DNA of 63,577 bases, filler included, from Collodictyon triciliatum (Eukaryota): the NCBI GenBank assembly GCA_043381765.1. It is 5 parts of 5 records of this genome, joined end to end, with 100 filler letters (N's around TTAATTAATTAA, not from the genome) between each part and the next. Parts side by side here need not be neighbours in the genome. Positions count along the whole stretch, not along the records: positions 12,755 to 25,395 come from JBHJMP010002131.1; positions 25,496 to 38,125 come from JBHJMP010002132.1; 3 more parts are not named here. One strand, written 5' to 3'. Position 1 is the first letter of the stretch. Every line of letters starts with the position of its first letter. Below the pieces are notes generated by a model, which made no database searches, had not been told where the DNA came from, and worked only from the letters and a program-made list of their open reading frames with translations. This document shows, in pieces, positions 13,005 to 25,624 of the stretch. The translations under genes and the position numbers were made by a program.

Positions 13005-16000
13005 ATGTTGGGGCCAACACACCAGCGCGGGCAGCCGCACCCGATCCTCACGCGGCACCTCGACGCAGCCCCACTGACCCGCGCACACTCGTTCGTGGTT
13101 CTGCCGTCGATACCGGCGCAAACGCTGCCTCCAGCGGCGGCCCACCCGGCGATTGCAGCGGCGGGCGTTGTGTACACGGCAGTGCCGCGGGCCGCACACG
13201 GCGCCACAGTGCCGCAGGCGTGCAGGGCGGGGTGGGCCAGCCGGGTGGTGGGGCGGGGGGGCGAGGGGCAGGAGGCGGTGGGGCTGTTCAACGCGGGGGT
13301 TGCGCTGCAGGAGGCGGGGCGTGTGGAGGAGGCTGTTGCGGCGTACGAGCGGGCGGTGGGGCTGGACGGGCGGCTGGCGGACGCGCTCAACAACCTGGGG
13401 CTGGCGCACGGGGCGGCGGGGCGGGACGAGGCGGCGTGCGCGGCGCTGGAGCGGTGCGTGGCGGTGCAGCCGGGGCACGGGCGGGCGTGGGTGAATCTCG
13501 GGGAGGCGCTGAAGCGGCGGGGGCGCTTTGGCGAGGCGCACGCGGCGCTGGGGCGGGCGCTGGCGCTGCGGCCGGACAGCACGGCGGCGCTGCGGGCCAT
13601 GGGCGACTTCCTGCTCGAGACGGGGCGCCCCGACGCGGCGCTGGGCGTGTACACGCGGCTGATGGCCCTGCGCCCCGACGCGGCGGGGGCGTGCACGTGC
13701 GCGGCCGTGGCGCTGCACCATCTGGGCCGCCTCGCCGACGCCGCCGCCCTCTACGCCCGCGCCACGCACATGGCCCCCGCCTGCCCCGTCGCCCGCTGCG
13801 GCCTCGCAAACGCCCTCAAGGACGCCGCCCGCCACGCCGACGCCGTCCCCCACTACGCCCGCGTCCTCGCCGCGCACCCTGCACACCCCGCCGCCCTCGC
13901 AAACATGGTCCACTCCATGCTCGCCCTCTGCGACTGGTCCGCCCGCTCCCACAACATCGCCCGCCTCCGCGCCCTCTGCCTCGACCAGATCCGCGCCGGC
14001 GTCACCCCCGCCGTCCTCCCCTTCCACGCCGTCGGATACCCCTTCGACGAGAAGGACATGCACGCCCTCGCCTGCGCACACGCCGCCCCCCTCCACGCCC
14101 TCCTCCTCAAGTTTGGCCTCCGCCCCTTCCACCCCCGTGCAATCCCCTCTGCACGCCCCGTCCGCCTCGGCTACGTCTCCTCCGACTTTGCAGACCACCC
14201 GCTGAGCCACCTCATGCAGAGGTTTGCCTGCCCCGCCCTCTCGCTTTTGGTCTCTCTCTCCCTCTCTCTTTGTGTCCTTCTACTCCTTCTATTAATTTAT
14301 TTTACTTCATTTTCGTCTTTTGCTTTTTCTCTTTTCTGGATTCGTTTCCCATGTCCGAACCACTGTGCTGGCTTCCCCCTTCCGTGCTGTTCAGCGTCTT
14401 TGGGCTTCATGACCGGTCCAAGTTCCAGGTCTACTGCTACGCGCTGACTCCGGATGATGGCTCCCATTGGCGCAAAAAGATTATGCAGGAGTCTGATAAA
14501 TTCATGGATATATCTGCACTCTCTTTTGATCAGGCGGCGCTTCAGATTTACAATGATGAGATTCATGTCCTCTTTAATTTGAATGGATACACAAAGGTGA
14601 TCCTTTTTCTTTTTCGTTTTTTTTTTTTTCAAGAAATATCATGGTTCAATTCATCCTTATCCTGATGACTAATTTATCTTAATCTATACATCAAATCATT
14701 TCTTCTTTTTTTTAAAAAAAAAATAATAATATATTCGGTTAAAAGGGTGCTAGAAACGAAATATTCATCATGAAGCCCGCCCCTATCCAAGCCCTATACA
14801 TGGGCTTCCCTGGTACTTCAGGCATGTCTAGCATCGACTACATGTTTGCCGACAAAATTGCAGTCCCCACTGAAGATCAGCCATACTACACTGAGAAGCT
14901 GGTATTACTCTATTATATCAATAAGAAATCATTATCATGCTTATTCGGCCCCCTCCCATATACGCAACGGTATATTTACAAATTTTTCTATATTAAGTCT
15001 TGTGTTGTTTAAGGAAGAAGAGGAAAAAACAAAAAAGAATTTAAAAAATAGGTTCAAATGCCGCACAGCTACTTCGTAAACGACCATAGAAATTGCTTTA
15101 ACTCTATCCTGGATGAAAAAACCCTGCCAAAAAGATCAGAAGTTCATCCAGACTTTAGGGACGACCAATTCATCTTTTGCAATTTCAACCAACTATACAA
15201 GTTTGACCCTGAAACTTTTTCTTGCTGGTGTCGCATTCTGAAAAGAGTTCCAAACTCTGTCATGTGGCTACTGCGCTTCCCAGCTGCAGGAGAACCCAAG
15301 CTTCGTGAGTATGCCAAAGGTATAAAAATAATTTATTAACTTATATCACAGTTTCTCATACTTGTGGATATCTCTTTATATTTGTATCAACATTACTTTC
15401 ATGAAATTTATACTTTGTTTACCAAAGAATTTTCATACCTGGTAAATCTCATAGTGACAACTCCTTTTTTTCTTTCGTTCATTTTTTTTATACATAAAAT
15501 ACACATCTTTTAGAATCCGGGCTCGATGAGAATCGCTTTATCTTTACAGATACTATGAAAAAGGGAGATTATATTCGAAAAAGCACCATCGCTGACCTCT
15601 TCCTTGATACGCCTCATTGCAATGGTCACACTACTGGAACAGATGCTCTGTGGTATTGTCCTTTCTTTTTTTCTTTTCTTTTTTCTTTTCTTTTTTCTTT
15701 TCTTTTTTCTTTTCTTTTTTCTTTTCTTTTTTCTTTTCTTTTTTCTTTTCTTTTTTCTTTTCTTTTTTCTTTTGTTTGGTTTCACTTACCTATTCCCGTT
15801 CATTTCTCGTATACAGGTGTGGTATTCCATTTTTGACCATGCCACTTAGAAAGATGGCTGCTCGTGTCGGTGCCTCTCTTCTTACAAGTCTGGGCGTGGA
15901 AGAGCTAATTGTAAAAGATTATTCAGAATACGAAGAACTTGCTGTTTCTTTGGCCACCAACCCAGAACGCCACAAAGCCCTTCGTGACAAAATCAAACGA

Positions 16001-16132
16001 AATCGGTTGACAGAACCTCTCTTTGATACTGCCCTTTGGGTCCGCGAGTTTGAAGCAGGTATTCAACTCATAGTGGATAACTACCGAGCAGGAAACCCTC
16101 CCAAGACAACAATCATCCCACCAGTGGAATAA
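13005..16132 (+). CDS. OGT: O-GlcNAc transferase (TPR repeats + GT41 catalytic domain, OGT/SEC-type), 6 exons
   Basis: TPRs ([29 protein letters not shown]), [69 protein letters not shown]-like [39 protein letters not shown] and PLFDT. Confidence 0.93.
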
Positions 16133-17347
16133 CTCCTCCGTATGGACACTGATGACCTTGCGAAATTAGTTGACATACAGAGGACACTCCGACGCCAGAA
16201 CGACGATTTTTTATCTGATTATTTTACTTTTTTATTTATTTTTTTAAAAAAATTTCTTCTTTGCTCATTGTCACGGTTTATATTATCTGAATTTTATTAT
16301 TTATGGCACTATTGAATATATGTCGTTTGTGGCCGAATATTATCTTCGTGTTGGTGTTTCTTTTTCCCATACTCAAATCACCAATCGGCGTGTGGGTTCA
16401 TGAAACCCAAAGAATTACCACATTATTTATGATAAACAACTAAAACATAACAATTATTGAAAGAGTCTTTCAGATGTGCTTCTTGTTTTCTGTCTGTCTT
16501 TTCCTCTCTTTTTTTCCTTTTGTTTGTGTGTTTGGTTTGGTTTGTTCGTTTGTTCGTTTGTTCGTTTGTTCGTTTGCTCCGTAGTTCTCCTGCCCACCTC
16601 TTTCCTATCCTCATGCTTTCAAAAAGCAAGGCTACAGATTGATGCTGTTGTGTGCAGACTGGATTAGATTTTGGTGCGCAAATGCCACCCTCCATAAAAC
16701 GAGAAAAGATATTCGAACCTCAAAGGACAAACAAAACACCCGATTTGAGGGCTTATGCAACGAAGCGGAGAAGTTCCCCTCTTTCTGCAGAACAAATGGC
16801 GCATTTTCCTCTTGTGTATATTGTGCATCTTACCTTTCTACAGCTGATGTGTTATATAAAATTGATAACTATTATTCTGTCTTAATTATAGTAATCATAT
16901 ATTGTAATTTGGAAAAAATTAATTATATATTCCACATCTGAACAGACTGAATTCTGCCATATCTAGATGTGCTTTCTTCAGCCCGAAATCTAACCGTTGG
17001 ATTTTCCCATTTGCGGCCTTCCCAACTTCTCCAAAGACCTCACCTTTCATTGAATGATTCCTATTATGTATAAGTCATAAAAATTATTATAATCCAAGAA
17101 TACTATGTTGAATTGTCTGGGAATTCCATCCTATTTCTGCCATAAACAAACCCCTTAAAAAAATTCGCTCACATACCCGCCGGCAATCATTCCACTTCAT
17201 CCATACGTCAATCTTCGCACGAGAAACACCCAACTAACATAAACACGAGAAACTTACACAAACAAACAAACAAACAAACAAACAAACAAACAAACAAACA
17301 AACAAACAAACAAACAAACAAACAACCAGCGCCAGCAGGAGAAGAGA

Positions 17348-19302
17348 ATGCACGCCCGCCGCGTCTGCATCTGCGCCCTCGCACTTGTCGTGTGCGCCCT
17401 TGCCGCAAGCGCCCTGCCCATCGACTCCGTGCCGGACATGGAGACGCTTGTCGACTGCCCGACCGCCCCGGCAACTCCCGGCGACCGACGCACAAACAAG
17501 GGCGTCCTTTCCGTCGTCACCTACAACGCAGAGTGGCTCTTCTACGACGGCGGAAGCGGAGGCTCCGTCTGCCCCGGCTCCGGCTGCCCGTGGCCCGTGA
17601 GTGATTGGCTCTGATTCATCTCTACAAGAAGAGAAAAAAAAGAAGAAAACTAGAACACGCACAAGCATTCCAGCCCGTTCATACCATACCTGGTATCATG
17701 GCACGAGCTTCTCGCCCTTGCACTCTCTTCTCATGCTTCGCTCACTGTGTCTGTTTCCTTTGTGCGTGCCCGATAGGATCAAGCTTCTGCCACGCAGCAC
17801 TTCCGCAGCATTGCCTCGGTCCTGTCCAACCTGGATGCCGATATTGTGGTGATGCAGGAGGTACCTCTGCTTCCATACACGCGATAGTGAACATCTTTGT
17901 CTCACTCACAAACCCATGCGCATACATCACCACTATTTGAGCTCTTGAAAAGAAAAGAAACAAAAGGCAAAGTAAATAATAACACATGACCAATCCCCTA
18001 TCTAATCGTCGCTGGAAACAACAACAACAACAATCCTAAAGGTCGAAAGTTGCGCCTCTCTCAACCGCCTGCTTGGCTACATGAGCAACGGTGCTTCCTA
18101 CAAGCCATACATGGTCAAGGGAACCGACACGTCCACAGGTATCATCATTTCGCCTTCCTACCAAGCCAACCTGCGATGCCCGCCTTTTAATATGTGGCGT
18201 CTGATTCCCCTCTGCATCTGCTCTGCGTCTTGAAACCGCGGTGCAATCACCCTCGACTCACCGCCAAACATCACAGGCCAGCAAGTCGGCATCATCACCA
18301 AAGTCGACCCCATCATGAACGTGATTCGCACTGAAAACCGCGTCTCATACCCGATTGCCGGCTCCAAGTGCGGCTCCACCTCCTCGGGCACATATGGCGT
18401 CTCCAAGCATCTCTACACAAAGTTCCGAGTCAATGGCATCACCATCGCCCTTGCCAGCGCCCACTACCTTGCATTCCCCGATGACAAGACCCGCTGTGTC
18501 CAGCGTGAGGCCCAAGCAACCGTCCTTCGCGTGAGTCCACTCGGCCTTCCCGACCAGATTCCATTGTGACTCAAACGACCTGTGTAAATATATTTACTTA
18601 TGTATTTTCTTTTCTTCTCTATGTTTTCCTTGTGCAATATCATTAGGACTTTGTCCGTGCGCAAACCAACTTCAACACCGAGGAAGTCATCATTCTGGGC
18701 GACCTGAACGACTACGACGACGTTGTTATTGATGCGGCCGGCTCCGTCCCCATCTCGTCCGTCCTCAAGATTCAGCGCGAAGTCTCTTCGCCCAACCTCT
18801 ACAACATCGCTGCCCTGGAAACCAGACAGACCGAGCGCTACTCCTCCTGGTACGACCGCAACGGCAACTGCCGCGATGACGGAGGAAATGAGCACACTTC
18901 TATTGGTACGTATTTTCATATGTTTCTTACAGCCGCTGAATTGCTACGATTGTACCAGACACCTAAATAAAATAATATAAAAAACAAGTGTGCTTTTGAT
19001 ACCAAACACTAATTATTCATTTTTTAATTTTGCTTTCAACGCTGCAGACCACCTCCTTGTCTCATCTGGTATTTGATGAATCCTTAATAGCACGATATGA
19101 AATTGAAACTAGCCAGACACTCTTGTATCACATCGATAACGCCAACTTGTCGCATAATGATACCCTCTCTGAAAATACCTCTTAAAATCATACAGGTCTT
19201 CACAGCCGCATCACATCCATGAAGTTTGACCACTCATACACCGCTTCGTGCTCGTCCACATATTCGGACCACTTCCCCATCTACGTGAAGTTCCAAGTCT
19301 AA
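17348..19302 (+). CDS. Secreted endonuclease/exonuclease/phosphatase (EEP) family protein, copy 1, 7 exons
   Basis: Signal peptide MHARRVCICALALVVCALAASA. EEP catalytic motifs TYNAEWL, DIVVMQE, HYLAFP, ILGDLND, SIDHLLVS and YSDHFPIYVKFQV*. Confidence 0.88.
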
Positions 19303-19625
19303 GAATGCGACTCGCCAATCGAAGAACACCAACTGAGTGGTATCCATCCTCTGTTGGGCTGGCCAAGGGATTTGTATTGCTTGACTCTTCAACCGGTATT
19401 ATAAACCCCACTTCCACCTTTGCTGTGCTTGCCTTGTCTCTAATAAGACTCTCGTTTGAAGAATCAACCCCGTTAATCCTTTGGTGAGCCGCTTTCTTTG
19501 ACGAGGCCTTATTCTTTCGAAAGTCAGAAAGAAAAAAATGCTACGCGGTAAACAATCTCCCCCGGCCACATCCCATTTATCGAATTCCAGGCGCATTTAT
19601 ATCACGCTTGAGCCTAATGGGCACG

Positions 19626-21329
19626 TCAAATGTTCGAGAGCAGGCTTGCTAGCACAAAGAGTGCAAACACAAGGGCTGTGGGCAGCACAAATGTTTTGGA
19701 GGACGATGCAGACATTTTGAACTGAACATAGATTGGAAAATGGTCCGAGAAAGTAGAATCGCATGTGGAGTTGTAAGCGTGATGGAACTTCATAGACGTG
19801 ATGCGCTCGCGAAGGCCTGCACATAGTTTAAATTAGAAAAGAAACCAGCTTTGCTACACAATAAATTCATAAGATAAAAATCATTTTGATGGAAATTATG
19901 TTTCCTCAGCGACATGGAGCTTACCAGAGGAAACAAGGATGTGGTCTAAAGCATAAACGTAGGTAGTTTGGTGATAGTAGAGATTAGTTCGACTCATGGA
20001 ACAGTAAGTTTATTCAAATGCTTCACAAGAGCCAAAGATGTTGAGTCAATAGTATGTGGTTGGAATTAATAATACCTATGGACGTGCGCTCGTTGGTCAC
20101 GTCGTCACGACAGTTGCCATTCCGGTCGTACCAGGATGAGTATCGCTTACTCTGGTCTGTCTGGATAGAAGCCACATTAAAAAGATTTGGGGTTGTGATT
20201 TCCCGTTCGATTTTTAAGACTGTCGACATTGGTTTCGAATTTGATGCATCTTTTACAACATCATCATAATCATTCATATCTCCCAAAACAATCACTTCCT
20301 CTGTGTTCAGGTTTGTCTGATTTCGGACAAAGTCCTGTATTGAAATTATTTGAATTGTAAGTTGAATTTTAAAACATGAGGCCGAAAAATCTAGGAATTC
20401 TTTACATGAAAGATTTGTTCGGAAATCTATTTAGATAAAACTAAATAATAAAGCCCTACTCGAAGTACACTTGCTTGTGCCTCGCGCTGAGAACAGCGGT
20501 CGTTATTTGTAGGGAAAGCAACATAATGCACACCAGCCAAAGCGATAGTAACATCGTTAACAATAAACTTGGTAAAGAAATGCTTTGAGATAGTAGATGT
20601 CCCCGCATCTGTTGAGCCACAATCAGAGCCAGGGATAGGATATGAAACGCGATTTGAGGTTCGAATCACGTTCATGATTGGATCAACTTTTGTGATGAGT
20701 CCGACTTGTTGACCTTTTGGGGGTTGGGGGTAGGAGGTTGATTATCTTTCTCTTTTGCTTCATAATTATTTTGTTTTTTGTTTTGTTTTGTTTTGTTTTG
20801 TTTTGTTTTTAAAAAATATATGAGCAAACAAACAAACAAAAAAAAACATAAAACTCAAGTATTAATTGGATTGCATAACATCCATTGAGTTAGCCGCGAG
20901 CTTTTGGTACCAGTTGCTGTATCTGTTCCTTTGACCATGTATGGCTTGTAGGAGGAATTATTGGGCATGTAGCTGAGGAGACGGTTCAGAGAGGCACAAC
21001 TTTCGAGCTGTTAAAAAAATGCAGAGACAAGGAATTCACGACCACTGATTGACCCAGGTTGCGGTATAATATCGGTGTGATTTAATTAATAAAAAATAAT
21101 AATTAATCACCTCCTGCATCACAACGATGTCAGCATCAAGGTCAGTTAGAACAGAGGCGATGCTGATGTAGTGCTGCGTGGCTGCTGCTTGGTCCTGTAG
21201 AAACACAGAGCGGGAATCGAAATAAATTGTGGCAAATGGCAGTAAGAAGAATAAGATTAGAAAAAGAAAAAGAAAAAGAAAAAGAAAAAGAAAAAGAAAA
21301 AGAAAAAGAAAAAGAAAAAGAAAAAGAAA

Positions 21330-21385
<56 letters not shown>

Positions 21386-21893
21386 GAAAAAGAAAAAGAA
21401 AAAGAAAAGAAAAGAAAAGAAAAGAAAAGAAAAAGAAAAAGAAAAAGAAAAAGAAAAAGAAAAAGAAAAGAAAAGAAAAGAAAAGAAAAGAAAAAGAAAA
21501 TGTGAATATGAATATGAATATGGAGAAGAGAAAAAAAGATAAAATAAATAAAAGAAAAAAGAAAAAAGAAAATGACTGTTCCTCAGTCACGCACAAGGCA
21601 CACAGCACCCAATAGACTTGGCACCTTTGAAATAAAAACCAAACCGGCCACGGGCAGCCATCCCCTGGACACACGGAGCGTCCGCTGCCGCCGTCATAAA
21701 AGAGCCACTCGGCATTGTAGCTCACCACTGAGAGGACATCCTTGTTTGTGCGCCGGTCAGCAGGAACGGTCGGAGCGATTGGACAGTCCAGCGTGCTTGC
21801 GCGCTTCGCCAAGTTTTCTGTCGACAGAGCCGAAGCAACTGCCACAAAGAGCAACACAACCAGCGTAACGCCGCAGACAAGACGTGGATGCAT
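19626..21893 (-). CDS. EEP family protein, copy 2, signal peptide plus GPI-like C-terminal tail
   Basis: SYNAEWL, DIVVMQE, HYVAFP, VLGDMND, SIDHILVS and FSDHFPIYVQFK, then an extension MSASSSKTFVLPTALVFALFVLASLLSNI*. Introns are at the same positions as copy 1. Confidence 0.88.
21258..21500 (+). repeat. (AAAAAG)n/(AAAAG)n intronic microsatellite
   Basis: Direct reading. Confidence 0.95.
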
Positions 21894-22112
21894 CCCTGCG
21901 GCTTCGTGTGGTACGCAGCATACGAGTTGTGAAGCAGTGTCGGATGAGATAAAGAGACGGAGTCAACAGTTGGACGGTATTTTATTTTCTTCTTCTTCTT
22001 TTCTGTCGTACATCGCTCGAGAGTGGACTTCAAGTGAGGCGCAGTCTTCTGTTGGTTGAAGCTGTTTTGTGTGTGGGTATATAGACAGCGCGTGCGCAAA
22101 GTCATGCGCCAG

Positions 22113-22163
<51 letters not shown>

Positions 22164-22358
22164 ACGTATTTGGTTTTTTCTTATCTTCAAAAAAAGGTGT
22201 TTGCTTCTGTTTTTTCTTTGGATGTGTTCCATGTCTTAATGCGGTTGCTGTATATTTAAATAATCAGCAAGTTGGAAACCGTTTCTCTCCACCGAACGGT
22301 TTGCACACTGCGCTTCTGAGATGCACAACGCAACGAGAAGAAATAAATAACTATATAA

Positions 22359-22455
<97 letters not shown>

Positions 22456-22605
22456 GAACTGTTCCTTACACATTCTTATCATGTCATCTCCAACTTGCTT
22501 AATCATAATGGATTCTAAATGTTATGCGATTGGTCGCTGGATAGAGGTTCTTTAGAGTGGAGTTTGAATAGAACAAAGGTGTATATCTCGAAAGGCTTGA
22601 TAATG

Positions 22606-24552
22606 CTAGAATTTATTCACAGTGCTCCGCCCCAAGGGAGTGGCACTCGTCCTCACACACACCGCTAAACACATCAAAACGGTGATTCAGCCTCTCATCG
22701 TCATGAAGCCAGGCTATGCTGCCCATGGTCCCATGCGCACTGTCGGCGAGGCCGTAATACACCCTCCGAAATCGAGAATGCAGGATTGCCATCGAACACC
22801 TGCAAATAAAGGGGTTTTATGGAACATAAACAACGATTCGTCAAAGCAACGACATTTGATATAATGGTGGCAAAAAAAAAATGCAATATTTTCTTATTTC
22901 CCGACCACGCAATCATTGATTACATCATGCAAGGTTCCACAGTAATGTACAAGTCCAGCCCAGTGCAGATATAGGGAAGGCCAGAGTTTGGTTCCCTGTT
23001 TTCGGGCGAGTTGATCGAAAATCCCTCTGTTTCCGAAGCTTCTTCGCCAGTTCCTTGTCTTTGTACTAAAACAACTCCGACAGAGTCTATGACACCAATA
23101 GCTGCGTGGCGTAAAGGATGGCTCCGAGCGTTTCCAGACGGATGGGGCCAAAACTTTGACTGCGAATAACCTGATGCGATAACATTGTTTGTTGAAGGGT
23201 CCACGACAATGCAACCAACTGGGTTCTGAGTATGATGTTGTGGAGAATGCTGTAGTGAGTAATATATCCCTTTGGGTTGGGTCTGGTATGAGTTTCAAAC
23301 GACTAAGCGCACCTGTCCAGCAGATAGTCCTTTTCGGGCCTCCTGAATAGCCATCTGCATATTCAAAGCAACAATGTTTGCTTCTTCTGTGTGATGTTTT
23401 TTGACATCATATGATTTCCTAGTTAGCATCAAATATAGAAATTAAGTATATATATATATATCGGAGATAGAAAATGAACCATGAAATGTGGTTGTAGAAA
23501 AGCAGATGAATAACCATATAATATATTGATTACATAAACATTCAATGAGGTCTACATAATGAAATAAAAATATGCGCTGTAGATATGTATCAAAAAAAAT
23601 TACCCAGCATCCGGTCTGAAGTTCAGTGGCCATGGTTTACCCCATTCTTTTAGCTCCTCCTTTGTTTGGGGAGCATGCCTTTCGAAATGGTTACACAGTC
23701 TTCAAAAACCATACCAACAAATATGACTTATCATTCAATTATATATCTTACCTACTTTGAAACAGACGCCGTTAGTCGTGGGTACTTGTCAAATCCATGC
23801 TGTGTTATCTTGGGCATAAAAAACTCCAAGCTTTCGCTCAAGCACAGTATTGCATGCAGCTTATGAGTCTCTTCTTCTAAAGTAATATGCAAAGTCATAT
23901 GGGGAAGGAACACTCCAAACGACGGTTTCATTTAGAGCAAATATACGCATAAATACGAGAAAAAACTTGGGGTTTAAAGAAATATTCATAATTATCGAGT
24001 GATAACAAACCAGCTCCGTCGTGTTGGGGTTTTCGAATTCTTTTGAGATGGTTAAATTGCTCAGGCAAAGGGAACTGTTTATTCAAAACACTAAAAAAAA
24101 ATAAAAAAAAAACCAATATGCACAAAAGATTATTCAGGATTTGTATATCATAACTTCGAGTTCATATTCTTTGAATCGAATAAAGGAGAAAAATGAAACA
24201 ACTTCGAGTTCATATTCGCAGCGGCCTTACCCAATCACTTTGTTTGCCTCCTTTGGATCGATGGCAATATACTCAACATCGGCTACAAGTGTCCAGATAC
24301 GCGAAGGGAGTGAGTGGCATTGGTTTTTCAAGAACGGGAGGGTTAAAATAAAAAAAGAGGAAAGAGAGAAAATAGTCGGAAAGAAAGAAAAACTAAGAAG
24401 AAAAAGGAGGGACCAGCTGGAACATAAAGTTGAAGTTAAAAAGAAAGGAAAAGTAAAGAAAAGAAAAGAAAAGAAAAGAAAAGAAAAGAAAAAAAGAAAC
24501 CAAGCTCTAAACCAGGGCGAGGACGAACCACATGCCTGATCTGCCAGCTCAT
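22606..24552 (-). CDS. ADAT3: tRNA adenosine-34 deaminase non-catalytic subunit (Tad3/ADAT3), multi-exon
   Basis: NHLKRIRK, APQTKEELKEWGKPWPLNF, HPLRHAA (catalytic Glu replaced), YICTGLDLYITVEPCMM|CSMAILHSRFRRVYYG and LNHRFDVF. Confidence 0.9.
24152..24217 (+). mobile_element. Micro-retroinsertion (30 nt) with perfect 18-bp TSD
   Basis: AACTTCGAGTTCATATTC [TTTGAATCGAATAAAGGAGAAAAATGAAAC] AACTTCGAGTTCATATTC, in an ADAT3 intron. Confidence 0.88.
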
Positions 24553-24692
24553 TTTACCACAAACCGCCTAGAGTCTGGATATTGAAAGAGAAAGAAAAAC
24601 TAAACTTTTTGATGTCAAGAGAAGGTTTAATATCGTTCGATTCAGCCAAAGCAAAAGGAGAGAACCAGATAAGTAATAAGAAAAAGAAAAGT

Positions 24693-25012
24693 TTAGTCAG
24701 CTCGTTTGCACAGGTTGTCAACATTGCAAGGATCGGTTGGTTCATAAGAAGGATATCTGTTCGAGAGCGAGCCAAAAAGGCAGGGAAAGTAGGGGATCTT
24801 GCACGACACATGCACGGCAGAGGCCACTTTGTTTTCCTTCCTGCTTCCTCGCTTGTTCGAAAACAGTTGTTTGGAGTTACTCTGATTCTTTCTTTGATTT
24901 TATATGTATAATTTTTTGATTGCACCAAAAAACAGGGGAAAGAAAAAGGCATAGAATAGACAAAAGTAAAACCAGCCTGGGACGAGGTCGCTTGTTCGCC
25001 ATTAATCTGAGC

Positions 25013-25093
<81 letters not shown>

Positions 25094-25340
25094 GTAAAAG
25101 AACCAAAGAGCCCAGCGAAGGCCAGGTTAACCCTCTGAGAATGTTCGTTATCTATTTATTCCCGAATCTATGCTGACTAGAAAGATAAAAGAAGGATAGA
25201 GAGGGTGGATGAACGTAGAAAGAATGATTTTTTTTCAACCGCTGTCGTGTCATGATATCGTCACATCATCGCCCAACCCCAGAGGGTGTCGCCGTATCGA
25301 GTCTAATCCTTTTTTGATATCGCGGCGCGAGCTGGTGCTT
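24693..25340 (-). CDS. Probable 3' exons of an unidentified gene truncated at the scaffold edge
   Basis: Exon-like blocks with AG/GT borders (...KERIRVTPNNCFRTSEEAGRKTK|YPSYEPTDPCNVDNLCKRAD*). No family recognised. Confidence 0.3.
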
Positions 25341-25624
25341 CCAAGATTATATGTGCGATGGCCGAGATGACCAGAATCACCAAAAGCACGGGTGCNNNNN
25401 NNNNNNNNNNNNNNNNNNNNNNNNNNNNNNNNNNNNNNNTTAATTAATTAANNNNNNNNNNNNNNNNNNNNNNNNNNNNNNNNNNNNNNNNNNNNAAAAG
25501 AAAAAGAAAAAGAAAAAGAAAAAGAAAAAGAAAAAGAAAAAGAAAAAGAAAAAGAAAAAGAAAAAGAAAAAGAAAAAGAAAAAGAAAAAGAAAAATGCTG
25601 GAAAAACTTAATAAGTGACATTTA

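Noticed and set aside
13005-14221. GC-rich island as bacterial contamination or recent HGT
   Set aside because: It splices in frame via GT-AG to AT-rich exons of the same eukaryotic OGT.
12888-14665. Long overlapping and antisense ORFs (581, 426, 249 aa), and similar ones at 60560-62493 and 11469-12155
   Set aside because: These are shadow ORFs caused by stop-codon scarcity in very GC-rich coding DNA; the products are low complexity.
20655-20672. GGTTCGAATC as a tRNA T-loop
   Set aside because: It lies inside an EEP coding exon with no cloverleaf around it.
24745-24760. ATATCCTT on the minus strand as an AT-AC U12 donor (also ~31850)
   Set aside because: No matching branch site or AC acceptor was found. 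The first reads as exon sequence after CAG, and the second lies inside a normal GT-AG intron.
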